A program made the translations under genes and the position numbers. Positions 27,716-41,100 of a stretch of DNA of 64,000 nucleotides are shown one piece after another. Under the pieces are notes generated by a model, which saw only the letters and a program-made list of their open reading frames with translations, was not told where the DNA came from and did not search any database. Source of the stretch: Tubulanus polymorphus (Eukaryota > Animalia > Nemertea); the NCBI RefSeq assembly GCF_964204645.1, contig NC_134025.1:22238299-22302298 (forward strand). The letters run 5' to 3'. Every line of letters starts with the position of its first letter. Position 1 is the first letter of the stretch.

Positions 27716-30700
27716 CCAAATTCTATAAACCACAACGACAACGCAGAACTCGGGGATGCGAGTCCAGATAAAAACGACAGTAGCACCCCTGAGGCGGGCG
27801 CATAGAAAACGTTGTTAGCCAAATGAGTTGACCGAAGATGTTCATGATGAGAATCTATTATTTTGGTAGTCGTTTTTGACGCCGTAAAATCCGTTAAAAT
27901 AATGTTTAACATGTATCTTTTTTAATTGATCTTTGAGAAGATGTACATTAAGTCATCAATATATCAGGGCTAGACTGGTTGCCGGTCAATTCAATTCAAT
28001 TATCCATATATTCAGATTCAATGACTTTATTGATTCTTTATATTTGATTGTTTATATCATATCATTTCTGCTTATGCAATATGTTTTTCACAAGGCGCCA
28101 ATAAACTTAGTTAAAAAAAGTTAGTTTTCTTGTTTTATTTCAAAAGAGCACTGCACAGATTCTATTGTGTAGCATGAAATAAGTGCTGAGCTACAGTTGG
28201 TTTCGATGACTACACGTTATTCATCCGTTTCTTCCGAAAAAAGCTTCTTTCAAATGTTTAATTCTGTTCGAATTATATTCCAAAAATGCGTTTCCGAAAA
28301 AAATGATGAATTTAGCACAAATTCAATAAAATGAAATTTCTCATGTCTTTGTAATGGACGCCAAGCTGTGGTGGAACTATTTTCACGACCACCACATTTT
28401 TGAGCTTGAGAAATATGATTTTGCTTTCTGTATGTGATGCGTGTGTAGGTCTACATTCAGAATATCACAAATGATTGGGCTAGTAAGTAGAATTGATAAA
28501 GATGGTTCAGTCAACTCAGTCGATACTCAAAATTCTGATCAAAGACGGGCTTCGATGTACTGCGACATCAGTCGGGGCTGAACAGCTAAGCGTACCAGTC
28601 ATAAGATTTATGCACATTTTTGAATGTAGGCCTAGATTCTGCGGAATCACGATGTTGAATAGGAAAATCATCTTTGGCTGAATCTTCTCGTAATGAATCA
28701 TAAATGTTGTATATAAATTCTAAACAAAAAAGAAAAAAACAATATCTGGAAAAAGATGTAGCTTCTGTATTTTACAATATAAAACGATTTACGGCTATGT
28801 ATGAAGCAATGCACTAAACAAGCTGTATGTATTAAAACATTAAGAATGGGATTAATCGCTTGTTTTCTGCGTAACAATCAACTGTTTCGTATTGTTGCAC
28901 ATCGATAAAGAAACATTTTGTGTAGATAATTTCGTTGTCAGTGTCAGTTATTTCTGTCGGGATTGCTTTCTGTGTGTTCTTTTTACTTGAATCGAGATTC
29001 TCTTCCTATATATTTGCATATGATGTAGTTATACTTTAAACCAACGACAAAAATAGCACCAAATATTACCAGATTCTTCCAATCGCGATGATATCGTCAT
29101 AAGGAGGATTTTTATCACATATGTCTGGTGGTTTGCGCGCGAATCTCAACGGGTAAATTTATTCATTCAAACTCAGAGTGTATAAACTCTAAGTTTTTGC
29201 ATCGAAATACCTGATTATGATGCTCCGATTCCATAAGTGGATGGTACATTCAATCGTGATATCAGTTTTGCTCAAAATACACTGTTTCAATATAAATGGC
29301 TATCTGCAAATATTTTCTATATCATAGATAGTTTGTTTTGGATTTTCTTAGATTCATGCCTTTTAATTAAAAAAATTCACCCTGCCTATAATATGCATTC
29401 TTTTAAACATACAACAGCATTCTTATACAATTTTTCTTCTCGATTTTGGAAGAAAAGACAAAAGTGTATAGGTTAGTTGATAGAAATTGCAAGCAAAGTC
29501 GAAAAGAGCGGGGCAGTTGCTGAAAAGTTGGATAGAGTACCAAATCAAAAATGAAAATGAAAAAATGATTTATGGGAAAACCCTATGCTCGTAATAAGCA
29601 TCGCGCACACGCGTGATTTAACGAGTAGATTTTATTTCACAACAGTTTTAATGAATCAAAACGGGCATAAGACTCGAGAACTGAAAAACTTGAAATAGGT
29701 GAGTTAATCGTGCGGTCTCGTATCGTGAAACGTCTCTAAAATAACGCTATATGAAATAATCTATTTACTGAATGCTCATTATTAGTTGATCACCATTTAG
29801 TGTCTGAAATGAAATATCAGACTTTTCGGCATCATAATTTCACATATCTTTGAATAGGAGTGCACCTGTTACAGTAGCTTGCATGTATATACCTTTATCA
29901 TACTTTTCTTGCTTCGTTCAGTGGAGTTATATATCCATATATATCTGAAATGTTGTGACTACTGCATCTGTTTTTTATATCCTTCAGTCACAATCGTTGT
30001 ATGATATTTCGCTGAATGAAATAGAAGTTGAATATAAAGTCTAGTGAAAAGGCATATTTTGCACTGTTTAAGAAATACACGGAAGTTAAGATGTCCGGTT
30101 ATGTTCTCGCTTGTTTATAACAAGATCATAATACTAGGTAGGGTCTTGATTCAAAACGGCAAGTGTAAACTTTTCAAAAGCAACCTTCAATTGCATTATA
30201 CACGAATGAATATACACGATGAAACCAGATCATATTCAATCTAACCTTTGCTCGAAAATAATCGATGTTCATGTTCTGATTGAACTTGTTTTGCGAATGG
30301 AATAGTTTTTCAGAAGATAAGCATTGTGTCACAGTGGGCACCACGGAAAACATCGATAAGGAAGTAAAGGGAAAAAATGCTGTTCTTATTACGCGCTAAA
30401 GCCTTATACATTAGATGAATATATATGGAATTATTGTAAACTTTCATCTAGCGTTCGTCGCGTCATTAAATTTTTCCTCAAATTAAAAAAAAACAGCAAT
30501 TTAAACCGGTTTATACCTCCACGAATTGAATGGTTGTCCCTTTTCGAAATTGTTTAACCACTGATTTATTACCCATTAAAAACGCGCATATACAGCATAC
30601 AGCTTTGGGGCTATCAAATACGAAAAGCATCACGACTTCAGAATTGTAATTCGCTTTCTAATTAGTTAGATATAATATGAGTGGGTGCTCCCTCGATAAT

Positions 30701-31023
30701 CGGGCTGCTTAAAGAGTTCCACATAAATATATCGATTAGACCGATCATGCAAATCGCTGTCGAATGACAATGTGTAATCGATAAACGAATGATTTTTTGT
30801 ACAAGCTTACAGTTGCTTCAAAGCAGTCCTTCATTTGATATTAGTACTACATTTTTAGTGCATATTGTTTATCCATCAATTGGGTAAAAAATTCACATAA
30901 AAGAAAAAAATCATTTCATATCTATATTGTGACATATTCTAGGTTTTTCAGTAGTGGTGGTATCCAATAGCGCGCGTAAGGCGGATACGTTTGCGCAAGT
31001 GGTATTTTCTACTGGAAATTAAT

Positions 31024-34000
31024 ATGTTCGCCGCAGCCTTTTTTCAAGTCGTGCTCATCTTTGCTTTCGTTTCAACAGGTAAACTCGACATTTTCATTCG
31101 ATTTGCGTTTATTAGTAGAAGCCTTCAGCTCAAACTATGCCAAAATTGATATTGTCCACGTATATACTATAATACTAGATATTGAATCAATCTCAAAGGC
31201 TTTTTGATTATGTAATCGTTTTGAAATTCTATGCATTCTATGCCGTTATCATCAATAGTATAACTTTTCACATCGCAGGAATAACAGAAATCTATTATCC
31301 ACCGGTATTAACATGTACTCACTCACCGATGAAGTCCGGCTCTTCCATCAGTGTCGTATACGGCAGCCCGGTTTCGATTAATTGTGCTGCTGACGCAAGC
31401 CCCGCAGCATCGTAAGTTATAAATCACATAGTCTTCAATGAAATGTCATAATGTTACAATGGAATCTCGCTACAACGAACTCGAATAAAACGATTCATAT
31501 GTCCTGAGTAAGACAATTTCATTAATTTCATAGTGGATATATAGCGAACTATCGGTTATAACGAACATACTTATTTTTGCTGGTCGTGTGAAATTCGCTG
31601 TAACAAAGTTCCACCGAATTGTATATTGATGTTACAGTTCATTCATTGTTTTTTAGTGTTTTTTTCTAACTTCTGCTTGCCTTCTTAAATCTTCTCAATT
31701 GAATTACAGTTATCGTCTGAACTTTGAAAAAACCGTTACTGACCCGATACCCGGCGAAAATGCAACCCAATACGCGGAGTCACCCGGACAACTGCAAATT
31801 CCGAGTTTCAATGGACGATTAGCTGGATTCTATACGTATCAGGCCTCTAATGATTTTGGAACAGCTGTTGCGAAAAAATTGCATTTCAAAACGCAATGTA
31901 CGTCAGCGAAACAGTCGTTCATTGTATCAAAACCCAGTTTTAAAGTTCGAACCATCAACGACTTAACCTGTTCACACTATCACTAACTAGTCCATTCTTA
32001 ACTGGTCCGATTGAGAACGGACCAAATCAGAGGCGTACGTTCTCACACTCGTTGTTGAATCCGCTTTACATAGTCATCATTAGTCCCGCAAGCTTTTAAT
32101 TAATGATAAGATATACATTTCTGCCGTCATATCATATATCTGGACACAGCAATATTTGGTATTGAGTCAAGAGTCAAGATCAAATTCGTAACTGTTGAAC
32201 TGGCTCCAGTTATTTTCTAGATGTTATTTCAATCGTTACCAACGACTGTTCATTTTAATAAGATACAATTTAGCTTAAATCTAATAATCAATTTAGCTTG
32301 TATTGTATTTCAGTTATATCCGTCGATAATTCAGGACCAGTAAAATCACTCTTACTGGCACAAACGCGTAGTGGAATGATTCCATGTGACGGTACATTCC
32401 TCGATTACAATGGAATAAACTTCGAGTGGAAATATTACGCCGCGTCCTCACTGACCGATGCCGCTAAAACCGCGCTTACAGCAGTTCCCGGGCCACTGGT
32501 TAATCTAGATAACGGTCGTTTAATCGTTGACAGAACTTCAGGTTTGTATTTTGGAGATTCAGCTCTATATTTAACTAATGATAATATATTTCGAATCTTA
32601 ATATTTTTTATCAAATACTTAATAATTACATTTATTTATTACGAATTGGTTGAGTTAGGTGGTTTTGGAATTGAATAAAAATGAAATGAAACATGAAATC
32701 AAAAATGTTTCTAGACATCTTACTCCTGTTCCAGGAAGCCTGTATTTCACTGCAGGTCTACTAACCGATTCTCATGCTAGTGCTGACCATTATTTCTGCG
32801 TGGCATCGTTAAAATCTAACGCAAGCGTAGTTGGAGTTGGTTCGATTAGTAAAGTAACGACTCAGCTAAAAAGTGGGGACAGTAAGTATCCGCTATTTAG
32901 GAAGAACACACCCCATTGTCGTACTTTTAACTTGTCATTTTATTATTCCTAGACCCATCACTTGAACATCCACCCGCGTTCATGAAAACATCGGCGGCCT
33001 CGGTAGATGTGAACCAAGACGAAGACGTCACCCTTGTTTGCATCGCGAGTGGAAAGTATGTATGAAACGGTGATAATCACAGAATATATATTCGTGGAGA
33101 ATATTCAGAAGCTCTATGATTCGTAAATCCAACGGAGTCATATTATCAATACTGCATTCAAATTGTATAATAGAAAACATTTAGTTTTTTTTTGCGTCAA
33201 TCAGAAAGTTCTGGGAGGGTATAATGTATAGTTGTGCATGCGTATAAATGTACTTGAATGTATATGCAGTGAATAATAGGGAAGTTTCCAGTTTCCAGGC
33301 GCCATTTTGAGGCGGTCCCAGAGGTCCCGCATTGTTGGACAGATTTTAAAATTTAAATTGTATCTCAAAAAAATGAAAAAGTTACAGCCAATGACACAAA
33401 ATAACAATTTTTTTTGAGGCGCCTTCCTAAAAGTGACGTTCTTTTTTAAACTGTTACTGTGTAAATGAAAAATGAAAAATGAAATAAACACCATCAGAAA
33501 ATAGAAATTGTCACCTTTCTAACGCATCATAAGTTTAAATTTTGTGCCAAAAGAGGGATGGATGACTATATCGCACTAGAGGTTTTAGATTTAAAAAATG
33601 TTAAAATCTTTCCAACAATGCGGGACCGCCTCAAAATGGCGCCCGGAAACTTGAAACTTCCCTTTTATAATACTTTGCGTTTTACCATTTATTGATTTGA
33701 ATATTTAAGTCTCTTCAGGATTTGTGCTATCATTGAGAAAATGTTTCAAAGTTTTATGACTAATCTATATATTTTAGACCGACACCGAAAATATCATGGA
33801 CCAAAGATGGAACGGCATTAGCCAGTAATCTTCAATCTGAATATAACACCCACGTCTTAATTAAAAAAGCTCAAACCAGTGACAGCGGGGTCTACAAATG
33901 CACTGCGCATAATTCACAAAATACCATAAGTCAGAACATTGTTCTAACCGTTTATGGTGGGTAGTGTTCAGGGAATTGTCCTTATGTATTTGTATCGATG

Positions 34001-36102
34001 TTATGCTTATTTTGTGTGTCCCTTTAAATAGCCACCACATCTGCCAGGAACGAAACAGGGTTTGAATTTGAAATGAAGTACAGATATAATGGGATGGTCG
34101 GACGATTTTCAATTTTCAAATTACTAGAAATAATTGAATAGTGTAAACCAATATTTCAGGGAAACTTGCGATCATGAAGGAGCCACCTGTTGAGATTGTA
34201 GTAATCGAGGGTAAAAAAGCTTCATTTCAATGTACGGGTAGTGGTTCACCACATCCTCGTATCAAGTGGTACATCAATACTCAACCATACGCGGCTGGTA
34301 AGCTACAGTTCACCATTCAACATTTTTGGTATACGAATCGCTCAATGACTCGACGTTTGGGTTTCTTTTTTGATCTACGCGTACTCGATATCATTAGACC
34401 AAAATCTACGAATTACGAGTGCCTTTTTACTTGATGTCCCATCTCTCTTGATTTATCTCCCTATTTTCAGACCAAAATCCACGAATCAAGATTTCTGGTG
34501 GCACATTCACCATAGAAAATGCCAAGATACCGAGTACGGCCAGCGATGGTACCATAGATCCAGGTGATAACATGGTCGTACAATGTGAATTGACAAATAA
34601 TCACCAAACCGTGTTGTTCAATACGGGGATTCACACAGTGAGTACGTATGATTACAGAATAAAATACATTTCTGATATATTTATTCATTGAGTTTCATGT
34701 AAGTCGCTAGAAAGAGGAATCAGCTACATTCTACTGTTAAGTCCGGGTGCCTCAACATACAAATTTTTTAAAAGTAGATTGGGGCTACGAAAACTACCTT
34801 AAAAGCCTGCCGAAAAAATTTGGAAATTGCCTTGTGCAGATTAAGATGCTCTAATCATAAATTGCCGATACAGTTAGGTACATACCAGGGTAGTGCCAGG
34901 GAAATCGATACTGCGTCAAATGCCAAGCTAATGTTGTTGGTGAGGAGAAACATTTTCTATTAAATTGTACATATTTTTCGGATTAACGTCTAAATCTCAT
35001 CCACCCTCGTTTTTGGAGATTACCAGGCCAATTCGCACGTCTATTAAATTCTAAAGGTAAAGCCTTGAGTAATTTAGCAATATATGTTAAAAGGGTTTAT
35101 TATCATATGTTTAAAGTCATGATATTCAATCTTGTATCTTCTTTTTGTATTAAAAGTGTATTATGTTGTTGTTATTATTTTGTGGACTACTCTGTGCTCT
35201 GTGCATTAAGTATTAATTGTGGAGCAATAAACTGAAACTGAAACTGAAACAGAACGATCAACACGACGTTGTTGTTTATGGGTACTATGAAAAATACAAG
35301 AGCAAACTAACATAACCGGTTAGCTAATTACATCGCAGTTATTCATGAAATAAGTTTTAGAAAGTTCTCTCTCGCTTGTGCATTTCATTTTATTAATAAA
35401 TCAGATGGTAACATAAAAAGAATGTTTTCTTTCAGATAAGTCGACATGTCCAGACTGTGAGAATGGAGGCAAATGCATAAGAAAATCAACAGCATACGTT
35501 TGCGATTGCACCGCCGGTAAGATAGTGTAATTTGTGGTCGTATTATATTACTATGCGTTAATGTCAGTGTAAAAATGTTGCTCGAAATATACACTCATTT
35601 AATAAGGGCTTTCCAGGTTTTGCTTAAATTGTGGGATTTTTTCACCGCATTCATCTTACACGGATACAGTGTATCTTATCGACCTATTAAATCGATTTTG
35701 TTTTTGATAGGGTTTTTCGGCGAAACATGTGAGAAATGTGACCCGTCATGTCCCGGAAGTAAGTATAACGACAATGGCATTTTATAAAATCCCCTTCATT
35801 CTATAAAATGTGTGATTTTAATGAATTCTGTGATTATTACTTACTATGTACATACAAATAAGAATGCTATATCGTTAGGTAATTTACCGCTGATCATCGG
35901 AGTAACAGTCGCAGCTGGTGTGGTTGTCATCGCGTTTGCCGTTATTCTAATTGTCCTCGGAGTAAAGAAGAAGTTGTGTTGCCAAAAACCGAGTTCTACT
36001 GGCCGCAACTACCAAACTGAGCCCGGGGATCTGTGTCTAGACACGGCAGACAGTAACGCTGGTGAGGTGGGCGCAGAAAATGTCGTAAGCCAAATGAATT
36101 GA
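31024..36102 (+). CDS. Copy D: 4xIg-EGF-TM protein, ~564 aa, longest tail
   Basis: Exons 31024-31078, 31279-31411, 31710-31897, 32314-32541, 32735-32881, 32953-33055, 33778-33956, 34160-34297, 34471-34641, 35436-35516, 35711-35758, 35879-36102 (last acceptor inferred to be shifted). Confidence 0.8.
33278..33663. mobile_element. MITE with ~42-bp TIRs, present only in copy D intron 6
   Basis: agggaagtttccagtttccaggcgccattttgaggcggtccc ... gggaccgcctcaaaatggcgcccggaaacttgaaacttccct; absent from the equivalent introns of B and C; no clean TSD seen. Confidence 0.85.
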
Positions 36103-38159
36103 TCAAAGATGCTCGTGATAAGAATCAATTAAGTACTCGTTTTTTTTTATTGAAAAAAGCGTTGCACAGATGCTATTGTATAGCACAAAAAATAACTAGG
36201 TATAAAAGTCGACGATAAGCTGAGCTACAGTTGGTTTCGAAGAAGACAAGTTGTTCATTTGTTACTTCCGAAAACCTCGTACAAATGTGTATCATGAATC
36301 AATCATATTCCAATAAAATGCCGCGACACATTACCAGATACAACGAAAAAAGATAATAGGCATAAATTCAATAAATGCAATTTCTCACAAAGTCTTTGTA
36401 ATAGACGGTTAACTGGTGTGGTGAAATATTTACGCTGCACCACATTTTTGAACTTGAGAAATATTTTCATTAATGACTTTGCTATTTTATATAAAGCGTC
36501 TGTTTCTTTTCTGATCTTCATCGCGCGGTTGCACAGTCGTGACTTCACAAACATTTGCGTAATCACGACCCTTTTTACTTTTAGTTCATTAGATTAATTT
36601 GATTTTTTGTTCGAAATGAGCTTAAGAGGATGCGGTAGAAAAGAGATTCTGAAATTTCACGAATGATTCGGCTCATCAGTAGATTCGATGATTACAAATG
36701 CTTTAATCAACTATAACTGGACTCACGGTGATGAGATCTTCTCTGGTTACTTTTGGTGGTAGTTTTACATTTTTCAGTAAAAAGTTGATTAAACCATTTG
36801 TAATTGAGTCTACAGTCATGCCTGAGCAAATGTATCCATAGTCGAGTTTAGTCTAATGATTAATGCACATTTTAAAATCTAAGTCCGGACTGTGATACTG
36901 AGCCACGTTGCTCGAGACGCTGCGGATATTACAGGATGTTGAATAGGAAAATCGTCTTTGGCAACATTTTCTCGTAATGAATCATAGATACCATATATAT
37001 ACCGTATAAACAAACAAAAAAAAACTGCTGGAAAAAGATATAGCTAAGTTTTCTAAAATTCGTAGAACGATTTACTAACATCAAATATTATTATATACTT
37101 ATGCCTATATTATATGCATGTGTAGGGCCTACCAAGCAATGTACCAAGCGAGCTACGTGTGTATTTACAACGAAAATTCGTTCGCATTAAGAATGGAATT
37201 AACCGCTAGTTCATGGCGTAACTGATCAACTATTTCATACCGGTACTTAATCATTGTAATACAGTTTTTAAAGAAATAAATATACATTGCGTGCAAATTA
37301 TTTCGTCGTCAATGTCAATTATTTTCTTCCAGGATTGCTTTCAGCACGTTTCTGTATGTTCCTTTTTTCTATATTTTCGAGATGCTCTTCCTATACATTA
37401 ACATACACCCTAACGATTCAATGATAGCGATGATGTATGTACACGGGACGAATTGTATTAGAATACAATAAATTATCGCATATATTTCTCTGTCAACCGA
37501 TCTAACGATCTCTTTTCGCAAAATATCTTCGAAGATTAACATTACTTTCCGATCATTCCACAACATAATAATCCGGAATTCATTTTTACCCGAAGACGAA
37601 CGAACTCGCCCATATCAATATCAAACTGGCAACTGTTTGCCTAAAAAGCTAGCTCAAAGCTTCGCCGATATAAATATATTATGTACGAATAATACCGTTG
37701 AAAATATCATTCTCACAAAATAGCACCAGATATTACCAGATTCATGCAATCGCGATGGTATCGTCACAAGGAGGATTTGTATCACACATGTCTGATAGTT
37801 TGCGCGCGAATCTCAACGGGTAAATGTATTCAATTATATACTCTTAATCGTAGAAACCAGACGCCTGTTCATGATTTTTCTAGTTTCATAAGTTGCTTGC
37901 AATATTTGTATCGGTACCGGTGACTTAGGTAAAAACCTTTAAATGCAGCAAGCGCGTAATATGTATATAAAAGTTATACTTTGACTTAGTTGCGCAGTAA
38001 ATCCTCTACTTTCGTCGCGTATGATACACCTCTTTTAAATCCAACTTAATTCAATCGATGTATATTAATTGAATGTTCGTTTAGGCTCTCCGTTGTCGTT
38101 ATCGTATGACTATTCAGTGTTCTAAACGAGAAAAAACTTTTCCTAACAGATATTCATAG

Positions 38160-41100
38160 TTATATTTTGTCCATCTGACCGGTACTGAGCGAGCGACGGT
38201 GATGATGGTGCCTTCCTTTACTGTGCATAATTTGGAGCATAAGTAGTTTACGAGAGGCGAACTTGTCGCCGAGTGCGACGATAGATCGTTTGTCTTTGCT
38301 CATTTTGATTGAGAATATATCCATGGTCGCGTTGAAACAGCAGATCTGCGAACCAGTGCGCGTGCGCCACAGCCGAATCGTTCCGTCACGTGACCCGGAC
38401 GCGATCAAGTCGTGATCGTCCGTAATGGCAACGCACCAAACCTGGAAAATGAAGAAAAAAGATAAATTCATAGTTCAAATCAATGATCGTTGAGCGATAT
38501 GTAATAGGGGTTGGAATCGAGTTTCAGAATTTCAATAATGGTAAAATACCTCATCGGTATGACCTCTCAAGGTCACAGTATGTCGTTCCTTATCTAAGCC
38601 CCAGACTTTCAGAGTTCCATCTGCTGATGCAGACACCAAGTGAGTGCGATCCTTAGATACGGCGATAGCTTTCACTTCGCGATCGTGGGGAGTCGGGGAT
38701 GTCATTCCACCTCTCGTGAGCTGTGGACTAGAAGTTGCGATCAGTTGACGAAGGGCTTTGCCGGTCTTCAAACTCCAGATGACCACTTCGCCTTTTCTTG
38801 TACCGGTCGCGGCTTCATCGTAATCCAGAATTGCCGTACACTCGGGTAAGGCGTCCAGTGCGAATAGTTTTCCTTCGCCGGGAGAATGCGGACTGGCGTT
38901 ACGATCAAACACGATGAAGTTCGCCATGCCGTCGTACTGATTCATGAATCCGGCCACCACGTAACGGTCATCGGTAGAAACACCCAAGTAACTGACGGTA
39001 TCGCTAAAGCCGACCGAACTCGGGTAATTCATTTCTCGTACAGGTTGGTTTCCTAGTATATCCCAGACAACAACGCTCGTTCCGGTACCGTACTTGTCCG
39101 TTCTGCCCAGAACGATCTTTTCGCCATCGTTGAACATGCAAGCAGCCGTGCACAAAGATGACTTGGGCATCTCAAATGGTTGGCCGGAATCATAATCCCA
39201 TAACTAAAATGAAATAATTAATTTTTCATCATTTCCTCCTGTGCATTTGTATATATGAATTCTGAGAATTAAAATAACTAGCATTACCTGTAATTTCATG
39301 TCGAATTTCTGTTTGTTTTCGTCGGCGTCGTGGTGGCTCTCGGCGGTGACTAGACCGGCTAGGACAGACTCCTGGCAGGCTAGATGGATGTCAGTCGACC
39401 CCAATTGTTCACCGCCACAAGTACTGATCAAATCACCTGTCTGCAATACACCAAACAGCAATAAAAGATTTGTAGGGTATTTCAAGTTGAGTTGCTATTT
39501 TCGTAGTGTATCATAATTGCTTCGGCGAAATAGATGCGGTGAAATGATCGTGAACTTTATTTTTCTAAACAAGACTCAAAGTGACGTTCAAAGTTAATAC
39601 ATTTTATACGTTTAGATATTTCATTTTTTATTTACCCTGATATCCCATATTTGTGGTGGTCCATGCCCCGCACCGGTTATGACGTAGTGGCTGCTGCCGG
39701 TGAGAATGAAACAATCTACGCGAATTTCAGGAGCAATGCTAATTGCCGGAAATGGTGCCGCTTGTACTTGTTGCATCTGATAACCGTGTAACGTCCCCGC
39801 GTACGATCCATGCCCTAATGTCGATGTACCCCATCCTAAAACAAAAATTAACTGTCTATGAAATGAGAGATCTATGAAATATATCGATGGAATATATGAT
39901 TATATAATCTATAGACATTTTTTCGGGAGCTAATAATGCACCATACGTAGTTGAAAGTATAAGTTTATAAACTTGTATAGCCTTTGCTTACCTCCGGGTC
40001 CAATAGTAGCGAATCCATCATTCATTCCACCCCCGCCCATAAGTGTATTGGATTGTTGGAACCGTGAAGTACTCTCGCTATAATGGGTTGTCATTCCTCC
40101 GGCTCCAATGGTACCGCCATAGCCGCCGGCACCTCCATAGCCACCAGCCCCTCCATCTACCGCCGCAGACCCCTGATATGACTCGCTTCTGTTCACCGCC
40201 ATCGTGCTTCCCTGGTATCCGGCGCCTGTACCGTATCCACCACCTGCAGCGCTTCCACCACCTGCAGCCAAAGCCGATTGAGATGATTTGAACGCATGGC
40301 TCTCGAAATGAGAACCACCACCAGCACCCGCTCCAGCTCCACCACCAGCGCCTGCTCCGGCTCCGGCACCAGCTCCTGCACCAGCTCCAGCATAAGCAGC
40401 TCCATTAACTACGGCGACCGACGTCTTTAGAGCGGCACCTGGAATTAATTGATAAAATCCAATTGTTGGAGGACTCATTCCATGAAGAAACACAAATCTT
40501 CAATGGCAATAAAAAGACATTACCTGCCCCGGCACCTGCAGCTCCGCCAGCGCCAGCAGCTGCACCTGCTTTCTGGTAGCCTAACACACCATCATGTCCC
40601 TTAACGAAGATGTAGCCGCCCCCGGCAGCAGGAGAAGAGATAGCCATGCCGCCACCACCGGCACCACCAGCACCTGCAGCACCGGGACATAAACACCATC
40701 CTGGTTTGCACTTGTAAAACGCCCACATCAGCGCGGTGCCGAGCAACAACAGGCCGAGAAGAACCCCAGCAACAACTCCGGCACCACCGCCTATTGGCAA
40801 TATTCCAGCCCCAGCACCGGCTGCTGCGGTGTGTCCAGCTGCAACCGGAACACCAACAATGGGCATCAATTTTCCAAATCCACCTTTTCCAGCTACAGCA
40901 CCGCCATCGCTGAGAGAAAAAAGTATTCATATTCATTTAAAAATCCACTGTCTACACGCGTGGTATCATGACTTTCATGTGCGTGTGTCACTCACCCTTT
41001 TGGCAAATAGAACAAATGTGGTGCAACGATTGCATCACCAACAATACCGGCGCCATTTGCCTGCGCCCAATCAATTACTCGTATGCCATTGTAATAAACA

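Larger units (their letters stand above)
13300..37830 (+). repeat. Tandem segmental triplication, period ~7.7 kb
   Basis: Start codons at 15562, 23310 and 31024 (spacing 7748 and 7714). Shared upstream motif aaaatgatttatgggaaaa at ~13345, 21835, 29563. Shared downstream motif aaatagcacca..accagatt..caatcgcgatg at ~21334, 29051, 37718. Confidence 0.9.

Noticed and set aside
15562-36102. Dscam-like mutually exclusive exon clusters of a single gene
   Set aside because: Each unit has its own ATG/signal exon and terminal stop exon, so these are whole-gene duplicates
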